Positions 63,971 to 64,000 of a stretch of 64,000 nucleotides of DNA are shown in pieces; positions within the stretch are counted from its first letter, which is position 1, and each line of letters begins with the position of its first letter. The notes beneath the pieces are model-generated. The model worked only from the letters and a program-made list of their open reading frames with translations. It was not told where the DNA came from and did not search any database. The stretch comes from Sphaerodactylus townsendi (Eukaryota). Location: NCBI RefSeq assembly GCF_021028975.2, contig NC_059428.1, positions 41,602,001 to 41,666,000 on the forward strand. The letters run 5' to 3'. Both the position numbers and the translations under genes were made by a program.

Positions 63971-64000
63971 TCTAGTGAGTAATATAAACAGTAAAATAAA

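Overview
Vertebrate genomic DNA, most likely a squamate and probably a gecko. This is inferred from the repeat content: 5S-Sauria-like and Squam3-like SINEs, CR1, Helitrons and many hAT/Harbinger MITEs. The whole window lies inside one minus-strand gene, which I identify as ABI3BP (TARSH), and covers its central Pro/Thr/Lys-rich repeat region. The ORF track misses the gene because it is split into very small exons. Reading splice signals directly gave 24 well-supported phase 1-1 exons of 42-81 nt (1677 nt, 559 codons) plus a few weaker candidates. The gene's start and end lie outside the window. The most notable observations are: (1) the exons largely form a repeating doublet (a TT/TL-ending exon, then a TKP-ending exon); (2) some units are decaying, with dead AG acceptors, in-frame rescue AGs, and one stop-containing pseudo-exon where the doublet predicts a partner; (3) 22 of 24 donors lack +5G; (4) an intronic Helitron carries 7 UGCAUG (RBFOX) hexamers on the pre-mRNA strand; (5) an inverted SINE pair brackets a 372-nt five-exon block. 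There are two assembly gaps. No prokaryote-type systems are present, and I found no wholly new biological system. The novelty is in the architecture and possible regulation of the exon array. TE family names and the human comparison come from recalled motifs, not database searches.
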